Position numbers and translations under genes: made by a program. A DNA stretch of 64,000 bases. It comes from the human T2T-CHM13v2.0 reference genome, Homo sapiens. Each line of letters begins with the position of its first letter. Position 1 is the stretch's first letter. Where the stretch lies: NCBI RefSeq assembly GCF_009914755.1, contig NC_060930.1; one strand, 5' to 3'. The notes beneath the pieces are model-generated. The model saw only the letters and a list, made by a program, of their open reading frames with translations. It made no database searches and was not told the DNA's origin. Below are positions 1 through 12,545 of the stretch, in pieces.

Positions 1-22
1 ATTCTTTCCTGAAATCCTCTGG

Positions 23-1488
23 TGACTGAAATCAGTGGGTTCTTGGTCTCCCTAACTTAAAGGGTAAAGCCGCAAACCCTTGCAGTGAGTGTTACAGTTC
101 TTAAAGGTTGTGGGTCTGGAGTTTGTTCCTTCAGCTGTTCAGACAGGTTCAGGGTTTTTTCCTTCTGGTGGGTTCGTGGTCTTGCTGGCTTCAAGAGTTA
201 AACTGCATACCTTCCTGATGAGTGTTATAGCTCTTAAGGTGATGTGTCTGGAGTTGTTCATTACCCTTTCACGGTCTTGCTGGCTTCAAGAGTGAAACTA
301 CAGACCTTTGCAGTGACTGTTACAGCTCACAAGAGCAGTGCAATGCTGACCCAAAGAATCAACAACATCAAGATTTATTTTAAAGAACCAAAAAACAAAG
401 CTTACACAGAGTACAAGCACACCCAACCAAATTGCCACTGCCGGGCTGGAGCAGCCTGCTTTTATTCCCTTCTTTGGCCCCACCCACATCCTGCTGATTG
501 GCCCATTTTACAGAGAGCTGATTGGTCTGTTTTGACAGGGTGCTGATTGGTGCATTTACAATCCCTGAGCTAGACACAGAGTGCTGATTGGTGCGTTTAC
601 AATCCTTTAGCTAAACACAAAAGTTCTCCAAGTCCCTACTAGATTAGCTAGACACAGAGCATTGATTGGTGCATTTACGAACATTGAGCTAGACACAGAG
701 TGCTGATTGGTGCATTTACAATCCGTTAGGTAGACACAAAAGTTCTCCAAGTCTCCACCAGATTAGCTAGACACAGAGTGCTGATTGGTGCATATACAAT
801 CCTCCAGCTAGACATGAAAGTTTTTCAAGTCAGGACTTGACTCAAGAGCCCAACTGGCTTTGCCTAGGCTCCACCTAGTGGATCCCTTGGCCGGGTCACG
901 GGCGCAGCTGCCTACCACTGCCGCACCGCACCTGCGCTTCTCAGCCCTTGGGCGGTCAGTGGGACCCGGCGCCACGGAGCAGGGGGCGGTGCCCGTTGCG
1001 GAGGCTCGGGCCGCGCGGGAGCCCACCATGGGGGGGGCTCGGGAATGGCGGGCTGCAGGCCCCGAGCCCTGCCCCTCTGGGAGGCGGCTGAAACCCGGTG
1101 AGAATTCGAGCGTGGCGCGGGTGGGCCAGCAGTGTTTGGGGACCCGGAGCACTCTCCACAGCTGCTGGTCCAGGTGCTAAGTCCCTCACTGCCCAGCACC
1201 TGCAGCGCCGACCGGCCGCTCTTGAGTGCGGGGCCTGCAGAGCCCACGCCCACCCGGAACTCGCGCTGGCCCGTGAGCGCCGTGCCGCAGCCCCGGTTCC
1301 CGCCCGCGCCTCTCCCTCCACACTTCGCCGCAAGCAGAGGGAGCCGGCTCCGGCCTCAGCTGGCCCAGAGAGGGGCTCCCTCAGTGCAGTGGCGAGCTGA
1401 AGGGCTCCTCAAGGGCGGCTGGAGTGGACGCTGAGGCCGAGGAGACGCCAAGAGCAAACGAGGGCTGCTAGTACATTGTCACCTCTCA
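23..1488 (-). mobile_element. Solo LTR12-family (ERV9/HERV9) LTR, ~1.47 kb
   Basis: Minus strand starts TGAGAGGTGACAATG (ends at 1488); GC/CpG-rich U3; tandem GCTGATTGGTGCATTTACAATC units; CTGG at 19-22 and 1489-1492 is a 4-bp TSD typical of ERV1-class insertions. Confidence 0.95.
455..810 (-). promoter_or_regulatory. LTR12 enhancer/promoter: tandem CCAAT (NF-Y) repeats and AATAAA TATA-like box
   Basis: About 7 copies of (C/T)TGATTGG (CCAAT on minus) in 31-72 bp units; TTTTATTCCC at ~460-469 reads GGGAATAAAA on minus. Confidence 0.75.
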
Positions 1489-1492
1489 CTGG

Positions 1493-2770
1493 TAACTACA
1501 GTTGCTGTCAGTTTAACTGTAAGTCCTTTGTAAGTAACCTGTCTTTTTATGTCTAGTAGCTTTGAAGGGTTTCCCTCTCTATTTGTTTTCAATGATTTCT
1601 AGTTTCACTACATATATTATCTTGTACAATTACCATCTATACCTCTGGGTGCTTGGACTTTGCTCTGAAGACTCGTCTTCACCTCTGGAAAAGCATCAGC
1701 AAATACCTCTTCAAATATTGCCTTTCTACCTTTTTGGAAATTCTGTTAGCCGTGTGTAAGTCAGATCTTTCGTTTATCCTCCAAGTCCTTTATTTTGTTA
1801 TTTTTTTCTCTTTGTCTCTGTGATGCGTTCCAGTGAAATCCTCAGTAGTATCTTGTAGTGCCCTTGTACTTTCTATACAATCTCTCTACCAAGATTTTTT
1901 CCAATAAATTTGTTTTTTTGTGTTTAAATTTTTTACATTTTTTAGATCTACCTGTTTTGCTTAATTTATTCTTATTTTTGTTTGCCAATTTTATATCTTA
2001 TTTTCAGTGGATATTATTTAACTTCTCTTTTATTACCTTAAATGTGCCTATTTAAAAGCCTTTGTCAGACTATTCTTGTACTTTAGTCAAAGGCGGCTTC
2101 TTCTTGGTGATTTATATTGGCTTTGCATAGCATTTCTTTATCTTGGTACTATGGTTTCTAGGCTCATTTTAAGAAACAGTTAAGCCTTTTTGGTTTTTGT
2201 TTTTCTTCTCTCCTACTCTTTCCTCTCTAGTTTTGTGATAGCCTCCACCTAGCTCCCTGGGGCTCCTTAACCAAAACATGTCTTATGTTGCAGATTTGAA
2301 CTTCATATAATTTAAGGATTATGACCTCAAAGATTATGATATCAAAGACTAAGGCTTATGGCCAATTTGGTCATAGAACCAGCAGTCAGTTTCAGATCCT
2401 GGAAATGAGGCTGTTTTATTTCCTACCAAGGAGGCAATATTCCCAGGAAACAATTAGCAGAAACTTCCCAAGACTTTTCTGTTTCCTTGTTTAAATTAGG
2501 GGGATTTCTATCCCAATCTCTGGCTTGATTCCTGTTGCCATTTTATGTAGAGTAATTTTAATTACCATTACTTCAGATGAGCCAAATTCCCAGATGTCTT
2601 TGCTTGCTTCCTGCCCCAGAAGTAGGCCCAGAGATTTGTGTATACACTACTGACTGCCTTGTTTTCCGGTCCAGGTGCCTGGTGTGGTTCATAGAAATTT
2701 TTGTCTTGCTTTAAACCTGCTTATATCATTTTACTTATTCGTATTTTCCTGTCATTGTTCTTGTTTGAAG
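1493..2770 (-). mobile_element. Ancient degraded L1M fragment (ORF1/5' region, antisense) hosting the LTR12
   Basis: T-rich sequence resembling antisense old-L1 ORF1; boundaries approximate. Confidence 0.45.
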
Positions 2771-2902
2771 CAGAGTTGGGTATATAAGGCATGTACTTAC
2801 TAATATAATCTTGATGCCTCCTTAGATGAGTCTTCTGTAAATATAACATACAAATTCCTTTAAAATTCCTTGGGGCCAACTGAATTAAACACTTTCTTTG
2901 TT

Positions 2903-5900
2903 GAGATGTTAGCAAGATGGTGGAATAAGACTTTGCAATACTTGTCCCCAAATAGAAACTTCAATCTGAATAACTATCCACGCACAAAAATACCTTCACA
3001 AAAGCTAAGAAAACCAGGTGACAGATAACAGCACCTATTCTGTGTGTAGCACAGAAATAAGAAAAGACTCGTTGAAGAGAGTAGGAAGGACAGTTTTACA
3101 TTACCTGCATCATCCATCCCCCAACACCAGGCAACACAGCATAGAGAGAAATACCCTCTGCTTGAAGAAAGGAGAGGGGAGTGAGCACTGGACTTTGTCT
3201 TGAACCCCAACACCAGGCCTACACCAGTAAAACCCAGTACTGGGCAGGTCCGACAGCCCCAGACTTTAAGCTGGTACCTGAGGATGGAGTCTCCATTCCT
3301 GCCTCAATACCAGCAAGATCCTGCAGCCTCAAGCTCCAGGCTGTTCGGTGAACTTGATCCTTGGCCCTGCTCTACCACCAGGCTTACTCTAACAGTCGCA
3401 GGCTCTAGATTGGTCCCAGTGTCAGTGGCCCCAGTGGCCCCAAGGTTTGGGTCTGCCCCAGAGCCAGGCCAGCCCTCATAGACTGAGTCTCCAGGCCTTC
3501 CCTAGAACCAGGACTCGCCAGTCCCATAGTCCCAGGTTTCAGGCCCACTCAACACCAGGCCAGCTTGAGGTTCCAGGTTAGCTCAGAGCCACGTTGGTCC
3601 ACACAGCTCCAGGCTTCAAGCCCACCTCAACACCAGATTGACACGTCTGGCCCCAAGTGCCAGGCCAGCACCCATGGACACAGGTTCCAGGCTTGCCCAG
3701 TGTCAGGCTGGTCTCTGAAACTCCACCCTCTAGGCTGGCCTATGCAGCTCCATACTCCATCAGACACAGGGTCCAGACTCATTCAGTAAACCTCAGTGCT
3801 GGCTGGTTCCCACAACCTCAGACTCCAGACCAGATCCTGTGGCTCCAGGCACAGGCCAATAACTGCAATTCCAGGCTCTATACCTGCCCCAGCACATGGC
3901 CAGCCAGCTCCAGGCTCCAAGCTGGTCCCCTGGGTCTGCTCCAGCAAACCCAGGTTCCAGGATACACTACAGATCCAGGCTCCAAAACAGCTCCCATAGG
4001 CCCAGGATCCAGGTTTGTTCACATGGACTGAGGCTCCAGTCTTGCCCCAGCACTAGGCCAGACCCTGTGGACTCAGGTTCTAGTGGTCTCAGGCACCAGG
4101 CTCATCCCAGCACTTGGATGGCCCCTCCATACTCAGGCTCAAGGTCTACCCCAGTGCCAGGTCAGCCACAGGGGACCCAGGCTTCAAGTCAGGACCCCAC
4201 AGATACAGGCTGCAGGCCCACCCTTGCAGATCCAGGCTACAAGTACATCCTCTCAGACTCAGTCAACAGGTATATTACATTGGCTACAGGCTCCAGACCT
4301 AACCTGGACCCAGGCATTAGGCCCACCTACCTGCTGATCCAGGTACCAGGCCAGCTTGCCCAAGGATTCCAAAAGCAAGCCTACCTGTGGACCATGACAG
4401 ATGGCATTCCTAGAATCTCTGAGGGGACTGACTGGTGAAGGGATTTCCCAGACAAAGCCAGTCTGCAAAGAATAAGTAGGAGATAACCTACTTCTCCAAA
4501 TGCACAGACACCAATGTACAACCACAAGGATCAAAAACAATCAGGGAAATGTCACCACCTAAAGAACTAAGTAAAGCACCAGTAACCAACCTTAAAGAAA
4601 TGGAGATGTATGAAATGGGTGACAAAGAATTCCAAATAATGGTCTTAAGGAAGTTTAACAGACTTCAAGAAAACAGAACAAAAATCAGGAGAACAATAAA
4701 TGACCAACATAAGAGATTAAAATCATTTAAAAAATATCAAACATAGATTCTTTAGTTGAAAAAAGAATGAAATTAAAAATGCAAAAAAAAAAGTCAACAG
4801 CAGAATTGATCAAGCAGAAGAAAGACTCAGAATTGATCAAGCAAAATCAAAGACAGATTACTTTAAAATACACAGAGGATAAAATGCAATGAAAAGGAAT
4901 GAAGAAAGCTTATGAGATTTTTGGGACAGCATCAAAAGAGCAAATATTTAAGTTTTAGGAGTTCAAGAAGGAGAAAAGACAAAGGGGTAGAAAGTTTATT
5001 TAAAGCAAAGTTTATAGCAGAAAACTTTCCAAACCTGGAGAAAAAGGTCAATATCCAAGTATGGGAAGGTCAAAAGTTCTCTAATTCAATTCTACCTAAA
5101 CAAGACTACAGCAAAACATAATAAAATTGTCAAAAATCAAAGACAGGATCCTGAAAGCAGCAAGAGAAAAAAAAAAAATCACATAGGGCATTTCAGTAAG
5201 GCTAGCAGCAAATTTCTTACTAGAAATCTTATAGGTCAGAAGAGGGTGGCATAATATATTCCAAGTGCTGAAGGAAAAAAAAAGCTGCCAATCAAGAATA
5301 CTGTACCCTGCACAGCTAGCCTTCAGAAATGACAGAGATATAAAAACTTTCCCAGACAAACAAAAACTGAGGGAGTTTGTCACCACAAGAACTATCTTAT
5401 AAGAAACGCTAAAAGGAGCTCTTCAAACTGAAAGAAAAGAACACTAGTGACAGAAAAACATTTTAATGTATAAAAGTCACTGGTAAAAAAAATACAGTAA
5501 AATTCAGAATACTCTAATACTGTAGTGCTGGTATGTAAATCACATATCTTTTGTATGAAGTTAAAAGACAAAACTATTAAAAATAATGGTTACAATAATT
5601 TAAGTAATATGCAATATAAAAAGACGTAAATTGTCACATCAAAAACATTAAATGGAGAAGGGTGGAGCAAAAGTGTGGTGCTATTGTTTGAAATCAAAAT
5701 GAAGTTGTTATCAGCTTAAAATAGCCTATTAAAACTAAAAGATGTTATATGTGAGCCTCATGGTGACCACAAAGCAAAAACCTATAGTAGATACACAAAA
5801 GATAAAATGTAAGAAATCAAAAATACTACTAGAGAAAAATAATCTAATCACAAAGGAAGACAGCAAGACAGGAAGAAAAGAACAAAAGATTATTACATTA

Positions 5901-6197
5901 ACAACCAGAAATAATCGACAAAATGACAGTAGTAAGTCCTTGCCTATCAGTAATTATCTTGAATGTAAATGGATTAAATTCTCCTATCAAATGATAGGAG
6001 AGTGGTTAATGGGCAAAGAAATAAGACTGAATTGTATGCTGCCTACAATAAACTAACTTGACCTTTAAGGACAGACATAGACTGAAAGTGAAGGGATAGA
6101 AAAAGATAAAAAAGATATTTAATGCAAATGGAAACCAAAAGAGAGCTGGAGGGTAGCCATGCTTGTATCAGACAAAATAATGCTTTACGTCAAAAAC
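2903..6197 (+). mobile_element. Old L1M element: 5' UTR, degenerate ORF1, spacer and start of ORF2; 3'-truncated
   Basis: CAAGATGG 5' motif; ORF1-like fragments (EMEMYEMGDKEFQIMVLRKF, IAENFPNLEKK); ORF2 endonuclease start at ~5922 (ATGACAGTAGTAAGTCC...AATGTAAATGGATTAAATTCTCC); similarity ends ~6197. Confidence 0.85.
3200..4400 (+). repeat. Degenerate GC-rich tandem array (~35-40 bp units) in the L1M 5' UTR
   Basis: Recurrent CCAGCACCAGGCCAG / ACTCAGGCTCCAGGC-like motifs across ~1.2 kb. Confidence 0.75.
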
Positions 6198-6223
6198 ATT
6201 TTGTGCTTTCTTAAGCTTTAGAG

Positions 6224-6531
6224 CAGCCTTGTCCAATAGAAATATAATGCCAGCCACATATGTACTTTTAAATTTTCTAGTAGCTATACTAAAAATATAA
6301 AAAAGGTAAAATTAACTTTAACAATAGATTTTATTTAACCCAATATGTTCAACATATTATTCCAAAATGTAATTCATATGAAAATTAGTAAGGTGTTTTT
6401 GATTTTTTTATAGTAAGTGTTTGAAATCTGGTGTGCATTTTACACTTACAGCAAGTTTCAATTCATAGCAGCCGCACTTCAAATGCTTCACAGGTACATG
6501 TGGCTAGTAGCTTTCAAATTAGATTGTACAG
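6224..6531 (+). mobile_element. MER33 (hAT-Charlie non-autonomous DNA transposon)
   Basis: CAGCCTTGTCCAATAGAAATATAATGCCAGCCACATATG start, CATGTGGCTAGTAGC near end, ~310 bp. Confidence 0.85.
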
Positions 6532-7929
6532 ATTTAGGAGAGTTTATAAAATGATAGTAAATTAAATCACTACCACCACTTTGGGTTTTATTGCACCATT
6601 TTGTTCCCAGAATTTCATTAAGTAATTAAGACATACAGAGCAAAATTTAAATGGCCTCAAAAGCTGTGTCTTCCTCTATATTATAATTACAATGCTAATA
6701 TATTTGAAGAACTCACCTTAACTTCTCTCTTTGAAGCAGGGAAAGATTGTGAAGTCTTATGTGTACAAATTTATAATAGAAACAAGACCATTGATATTAT
6801 CAATTCTGAAAAACTGGTTTCTGTAAAATCAAGTTTTAGTTTTACCCAGGTGACATGAAATGAGAATATAAGATTTGAAATAATCATTACATTAATTACT
6901 TACTAAGTTAATTATATATTTAAATTGTATTTACTACCAAAAAAACACTTGGAAAGGCTGGAAGGAGTTAGAAGGGAGTCAGCAGTGTAAAACATGACGG
7001 AATTTTGTGGGTGTGTATAAAATTATTTTCAGTTGAGGTTCATTTTCAAAGCCTCCCCCTACTGCAGACAAAGGATATTTGGTTTTACTGAATGTTTTCA
7101 TTAAGATTTTGATACACTGTTTACAGTCTGACATCCCAAGTGTCTCAGGCAGCTAGGTAGATCTGTTTGGATGCAAGAACTCCCTGTCATCTATGTGTGT
7201 CATCTGTGTGGGTGTTAACAAACCTTGCTACTTCTGGAGAAAGTAATGCTCTCAAAACACATTGTTTCATTATTAAGTCACTTGTTTTCTAAAGCATAGG
7301 ACCATCTCAAAGTTTCGAATCATACTACTTTACAAAACTGCTTATTTATATGGCTTAGAAACATTGATAGTTGATCAACTAGATTTTGTGGCAAATCTTT
7401 AGAAATGCTCATTCGTCACATCTTTTGAAACCCATCCTTTTATTGGTAGTGGTTTTCCCTGGTAATTCCCAATCATGTCATATTTAGTGAAAACAATATC
7501 AGCAATCACAGAGGTCCATAGCCCTTTCCTCCAGGGAGTCTCCGAATGGTTTCCAGATTGGTGGGGGTGGGGGTCAGTGTTCAAAACCTCCTTGTGAAGA
7601 AAGAGGGGGAGGGAATTCATTTCCAATCAAGGTAAGGGGAAGTCAGCTCACAGGATCAAATCATTATCCCCAATCATTCAGTCCATCTGTGCTGTGACAT
7701 TTCCCTTCTGACTGCATTTCCAACAAGCTGAAACACACCTATTTGGCAAGGACTCCTCTCATGCTGGCTGGGGAGCCATCATATTGCCATCACAGCTGGC
7801 TATGACAGGCTGCAGGAGTTTAGAAATTGTTCTTGACATGTTGGGAAGCATTTTTATGTCCTGTCATCACAAATGCATCATTTCCTTGTAAATAGTACTG
7901 CCTGCTCTCCAGTTCTTGCCATCTAGTTC

Positions 7930-8110
7930 CATGGCTTATTTTTCCCTATGACACTTACCACCACGTAACATGCTATATATTTGTGAATTTTCTGCTTCTA
8001 TCCACCAGCATATAACGTCCACGAAAGCCATAGCTTTGTCTGTTTATTCACAGGTATGTTTCCAGCCCCAGGCACTTGATAGGAACTTAGTAACAATTCA
8101 TTGAATGAAA
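7930..8110 (+). mobile_element. L2 3' end
   Basis: CTTTGTCTGTTTATTCAC...GGCACTTGATAGGAACTTAGTAAC...TTGAATGAA tail. Confidence 0.65.
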
Positions 8111-8174
8111 TTATGGATTTACGTACAAGAACAGTTAAGGAGAGTTAGAGAAACCTATGTGAAAGTCACAGTGC

Positions 8175-8348
8175 TGTAGTTTATTAGCTGTAAGATCTTG
8201 GGTAAGCTGCTCAACGTCTCTGGTTTTCAGGTTTCTCACGTATGAAATGGAGTAATAACATGTATCTTATTGAGGATTAGATGGTGGAAAACTCTCAACT
8301 AAGCACAGAACCTGGCTTATAGTAAGCATTCAAAAAAGGGTGGTTACT
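8175..8348 (+). mobile_element. MIR
   Basis: Core AGCTGTAAGATCTTGGGTAAG...TTTCTCACGTATGAAATGGAGTAATAA. Confidence 0.75.
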
Positions 8349-8896
8349 TGAAAAAATACAGTACTTTTTTAGTGACTCCTCACCTGGAAAGTTAAAACTC
8401 AGAATCCTCTCTTCAACTGTGAAGTTTAAACCTCAGGGTCGAGTCACATTCCTTCACCAGTCATGGGCAGTGACCTGGGCATAGCCCTGGTTTCCTGAGT
8501 CTCCAGGGCAGCAGGAAATTCCCAGCAAATCTAAACAGTCTTCAAGAATACCTTGTTCCACACACCGGGGCCACAGGCTTGCTTTATATCACAGCCCAGT
8601 GGGGACAACTTCGGAGAAGGAAGACGCACTCATGATACCCCACAGCATGGAGCTTTCAACAAACAGATGGAAAAATATTGGTTCAGCCCCTTCTAGCTGG
8701 AGATTGTTAGATTGGTTTTGCTGAATGGTGCTTTTCCCTTATTTGGACAGGTTGGGAAGTTGGGGACCTGGGGTTGCATTCCTGCACCCCACATTCCCAG
8801 CTCCTTTCCACCCTTGGTGTTGAAATAGGAGATTTGGAATGGCAACAGCTCACTCACCCTGCTCAGTCCCTGTGCTTCTGAAAGACAGATGTTCTT

Positions 8897-9222
<326 letters not shown>

Positions 9223-11111
9223 TCAGGCTTTCTGGAGGAAGCACACTTCTGAAAGCAAATAAGTACTAAATGTAGAATCTTACTAGTTCCTTAGAGCACA
9301 CAAGGAATATTTTAGCAATACTTTTAAATAAATGGCATTTTACAAATGCAACACTAAACTGATAAGCATTCCTCACACCTCAAGAAGTGGGTATATGTTG
9401 CAGCGCTTCAAATGAGTCAGCGATATAATGTCACAAATTAGGCAAAGATATGAAAGCCTCTTTTAAATTGCGCTTTCATACATGTGAGATATTGTCGTCA
9501 TTACTCATACTCAATGCTATATTTTTCAGATTAAGGAAAGGGAGGCAAAGGTATTTCAGAGGCAGGGTGGGCAAACAATGATTTCTATTCAAACACATGT
9601 GCACGCACAGTGTTTACAAGGCTCTCATGCACTAACTTCTCCCCTCTGGACAGAGAGTGGTCATGTGGGAGCCCTGACCCCACATAAACTGTGTCCATTC
9701 CTAGCTCTGGCCTTTGCTGACCCTCCACTCAGGAATGCTAGGAATGCCCTCCCTCTCCTTCCCTGTCCCCAGGCTCTCCATCTACCCAAATCCTGCTCAA
9801 TCATTTGGACCCCCATCTTAGCACTTGGAGAATCCTTCCCTAAGCATTTCAGTGACCTACCTTCTCCTTACTCAAAACTTCTGTGACATGTTTGTGCTAT
9901 CCTGTTTTTATAATTGGAAGTTTGTTTCTGTAACCAATTCCCTTCACCCCACTCCCCTCATTGCCTCCCCACCACAGACCCTAACAAGGTAGAGGGTATG
10001 TGTAATTCTTGCACAAAAAGGTTACAAATTCTTGTATCCCCTTTTTCTCTAATGGGAAGAAAGAATCTGAAATGCCCCTCTGGAAAGTGATGTACCCAGC
10101 AGACAGAAAAGCAGCCTTCAAAAGCTTCTGTAGGGCTTCGTGTTGCTATCTATGGTTCCATGGTCCTGACTGATCCTGAGTGTCCTAACCATGGGTTTTG
10201 GGTCCAGAGGACAGCCTGGAGTCCACTGGAGGGTGAGCAGAATTGTGGGGTGAGGAGGAATGTGGGGCAAGTGACACTGACACCTTTCAGTACATTAATG
10301 TGTAAAGCATGAATTCTGTAGAAGAGAATTACACTGTATTAGCATGGAATAGATTATGCTGTATTAAGAAAATGTGCCTATTTCTTGACACTGAAACAGA
10401 TCACATGATCTCCAAAAGTAATGCTAGTTTTTGTAATGGGTGTGTGGGGAGTGTGTGTGTGTGTGTGCGCATGCACACATGCATTTGAATCCAGTTATCT
10501 GTGAGATAATAAACAAGTCTCTCTTCTGCAGCTCATGGTAGGGAGAACCCCCACAAGGAGACTGCACTTCAAAGTCCCTCCTGGATCCCATTCAGATCCA
10601 AAACTGAGCACCTGCTCTGTGCCAAGAAATGCTCTATGGAAATGAATCAGTTCCCACCATCCAGGAGGTCACAGCCTGCTCAGATGCAAAAGAACTCCAT
10701 GCAGGCTAAGGTGCAGGGACACACAGCCTGGGGAGGCGTGGGGTGGGGGCTGATAGTTCCAACTTAGATGAAAAAGAAGGTTGCAACATTGATACGAAAG
10801 CTAGCTGTAGAAAAAATTCCTTCTCCTGGAGTGTGAACAATTTCTTGTAACTATTTTATTGAGAAATCTAATCTCATGAGGGTTTTTGTTTTTTGTAGCT
10901 CTCCTGACTAACTTGGTTTTTTGGTGTGTTTTTTTGTTTTTGTTTTTTACTATCTTTGAGATTATTGAGTTTAGCTGAAAATCCACAAAGACACCAAGGA
11001 AAGATCAGCTCTCCACATACACAGGGCCTGCTTGGGAGAACGCTGGTGTAGTCCAGGCCCCACATCACTTCTTCTCTTCCTCAAACTCTCTCAGTGCTCA
11101 GAAACCCCTAA

Positions 11112-11645
11112 ACACACATACACATGCTCTCACATATACACATCACACACACTCCCCCACACCCCCATATACACCCCCAACACCACATGTGCACACACTC
11201 ACATCACACATGTGCATACACACTCCACACACACACGCACTACACACACCCACACCGCACACACACAGCCCTCACACCCCATACATACACTCCCGAAAAC
11301 CACACATACACACATCACACATACACATACTCCCTCACACAAACACCACATACACACACACCCCTCACACCCCATACATACACTCCCCAACACCACACAT
11401 ACACGCTCACATCACACATGCGCATACACACTCCACACACACAAACACACCATACACACCCACACCACGTACACACACACACCCGCTTCATGCCTGCTAC
11501 ATATACTCCCCAACACCACATGTACATACACACACTGACATACATCATACATACACATACACACTCCCTCTTACACACAAACAGACCACACACACACCCG
11601 TACACCACATACACACACACACAGTACACATCATACATACACACC
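11112..11645. repeat. CA-rich complex microsatellite/minisatellite
   Basis: ~530 bp of interrupted (CA)n with duplicated 40-60 bp subunits. Confidence 0.95.
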
Positions 11646-12429
11646 CTTTGTGCTGTGAGGCCCCACAGTGCGAAGGCTGGTGCGTACCAGGCCCCTTGCA
11701 GTCTTCCTTCCCATGGCATGACTGCAAGGAGAGGGGAGATGGGGTGCTGGGTCTCCCGCCTCAGACCATTTTCAGCAAGAGCAGCCTCCTGGGGCTCTGA
11801 GACCTATCCCCCTTCCTAGTCATATCTTTATATCAAAATTAGCTGTAAACATAACAGTCCTATGACTCACTTGGAATACTACATAGGAAGTCAGGTTTTT
11901 GAACAATTTTCCCTTTTTCTAAAGGTTAAAATCAAGGCAGGAAATGCGGAGCATCACAGTACCAAGCCCGTGGGAATGGGGCCCACCCGGGTCCCTGTGC
12001 TCAGTCCGGCTCTCTCTGTAGTTCTCCCTGGCCACACCTCTCTGTTTACTCATAATTCTCTTTTCCTAACTACGTGGTGAAGTGGCGTCGGAAGTGATTT
12101 CAGATGCCTCCCTCCAGTATGCATTCTCCTGCCCAGTCTACCCTAGTCCACCTTTCTCAGGCTTTGCCCCACAGTTGGCCTCTTGCACTCTAGCCACTCT
12201 CTCTCTCGAAAATGCCCTGGGTCTCCCAATCTCCTGGCTGGACTCATCTGAACCCCCTTACCTGAAGAAGTAACCCCTTTCCCTTCCACACTTCCCTAGC
12301 TGCATCCAGTCCTACTCCCTCCTGAAAGCATTGCTAAAATCCTGCCTCCTTTATGAAGCCTCCCCCAGTCACCTAGCTTGGAGTATCACTTCTCAGCCTG
12401 GAAAGGCTTTACTGTCGTCCTGGGTGTTA

Positions 12430-12545
12430 ATTTCATTTGTTTATTTGACAAATATTTGTTGAACACTTAGAAGGTACTAAAGACACCATGTTAGATGTGG
12501 GAGATACAGTGCTAACAGCAACACCATGAACAAGCTTCCTGTCCT
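12430..12545 (-). mobile_element. L2 3' end
   Basis: TTCATTTGTTTATTTGACAAATATTTGTTGAACAC...GGGAGATACAGTG. Confidence 0.6.

Noticed and set aside
808-1434. Overlapping 100-125 aa GC-rich ORFs and a CpG-island-like region as a host gene promoter
   Set aside because: Entirely within the LTR12 U3; stop-poor because of GC content
3200-4438. Pro/Gln-rich ORFs up to 180 aa; repeat array superficially CRISPR-like
   Set aside because: Degenerate L1 5' UTR tandem units with no constant repeat/unique spacer structure; eukaryotic DNA
8852-8890. 20-nt minus-strand mini-exon (ctttcag|...AGG|gtgagt)
   Set aside because: Short pyrimidine tract lying in an Alu TSD, not frame-preserving, and no supporting context
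11032-11819. Long His/Thr-rich and Val/Cys-rich ORFs (up to 231 aa)
   Set aside because: Translation artefacts of the CA-rich repeat, open in several frames
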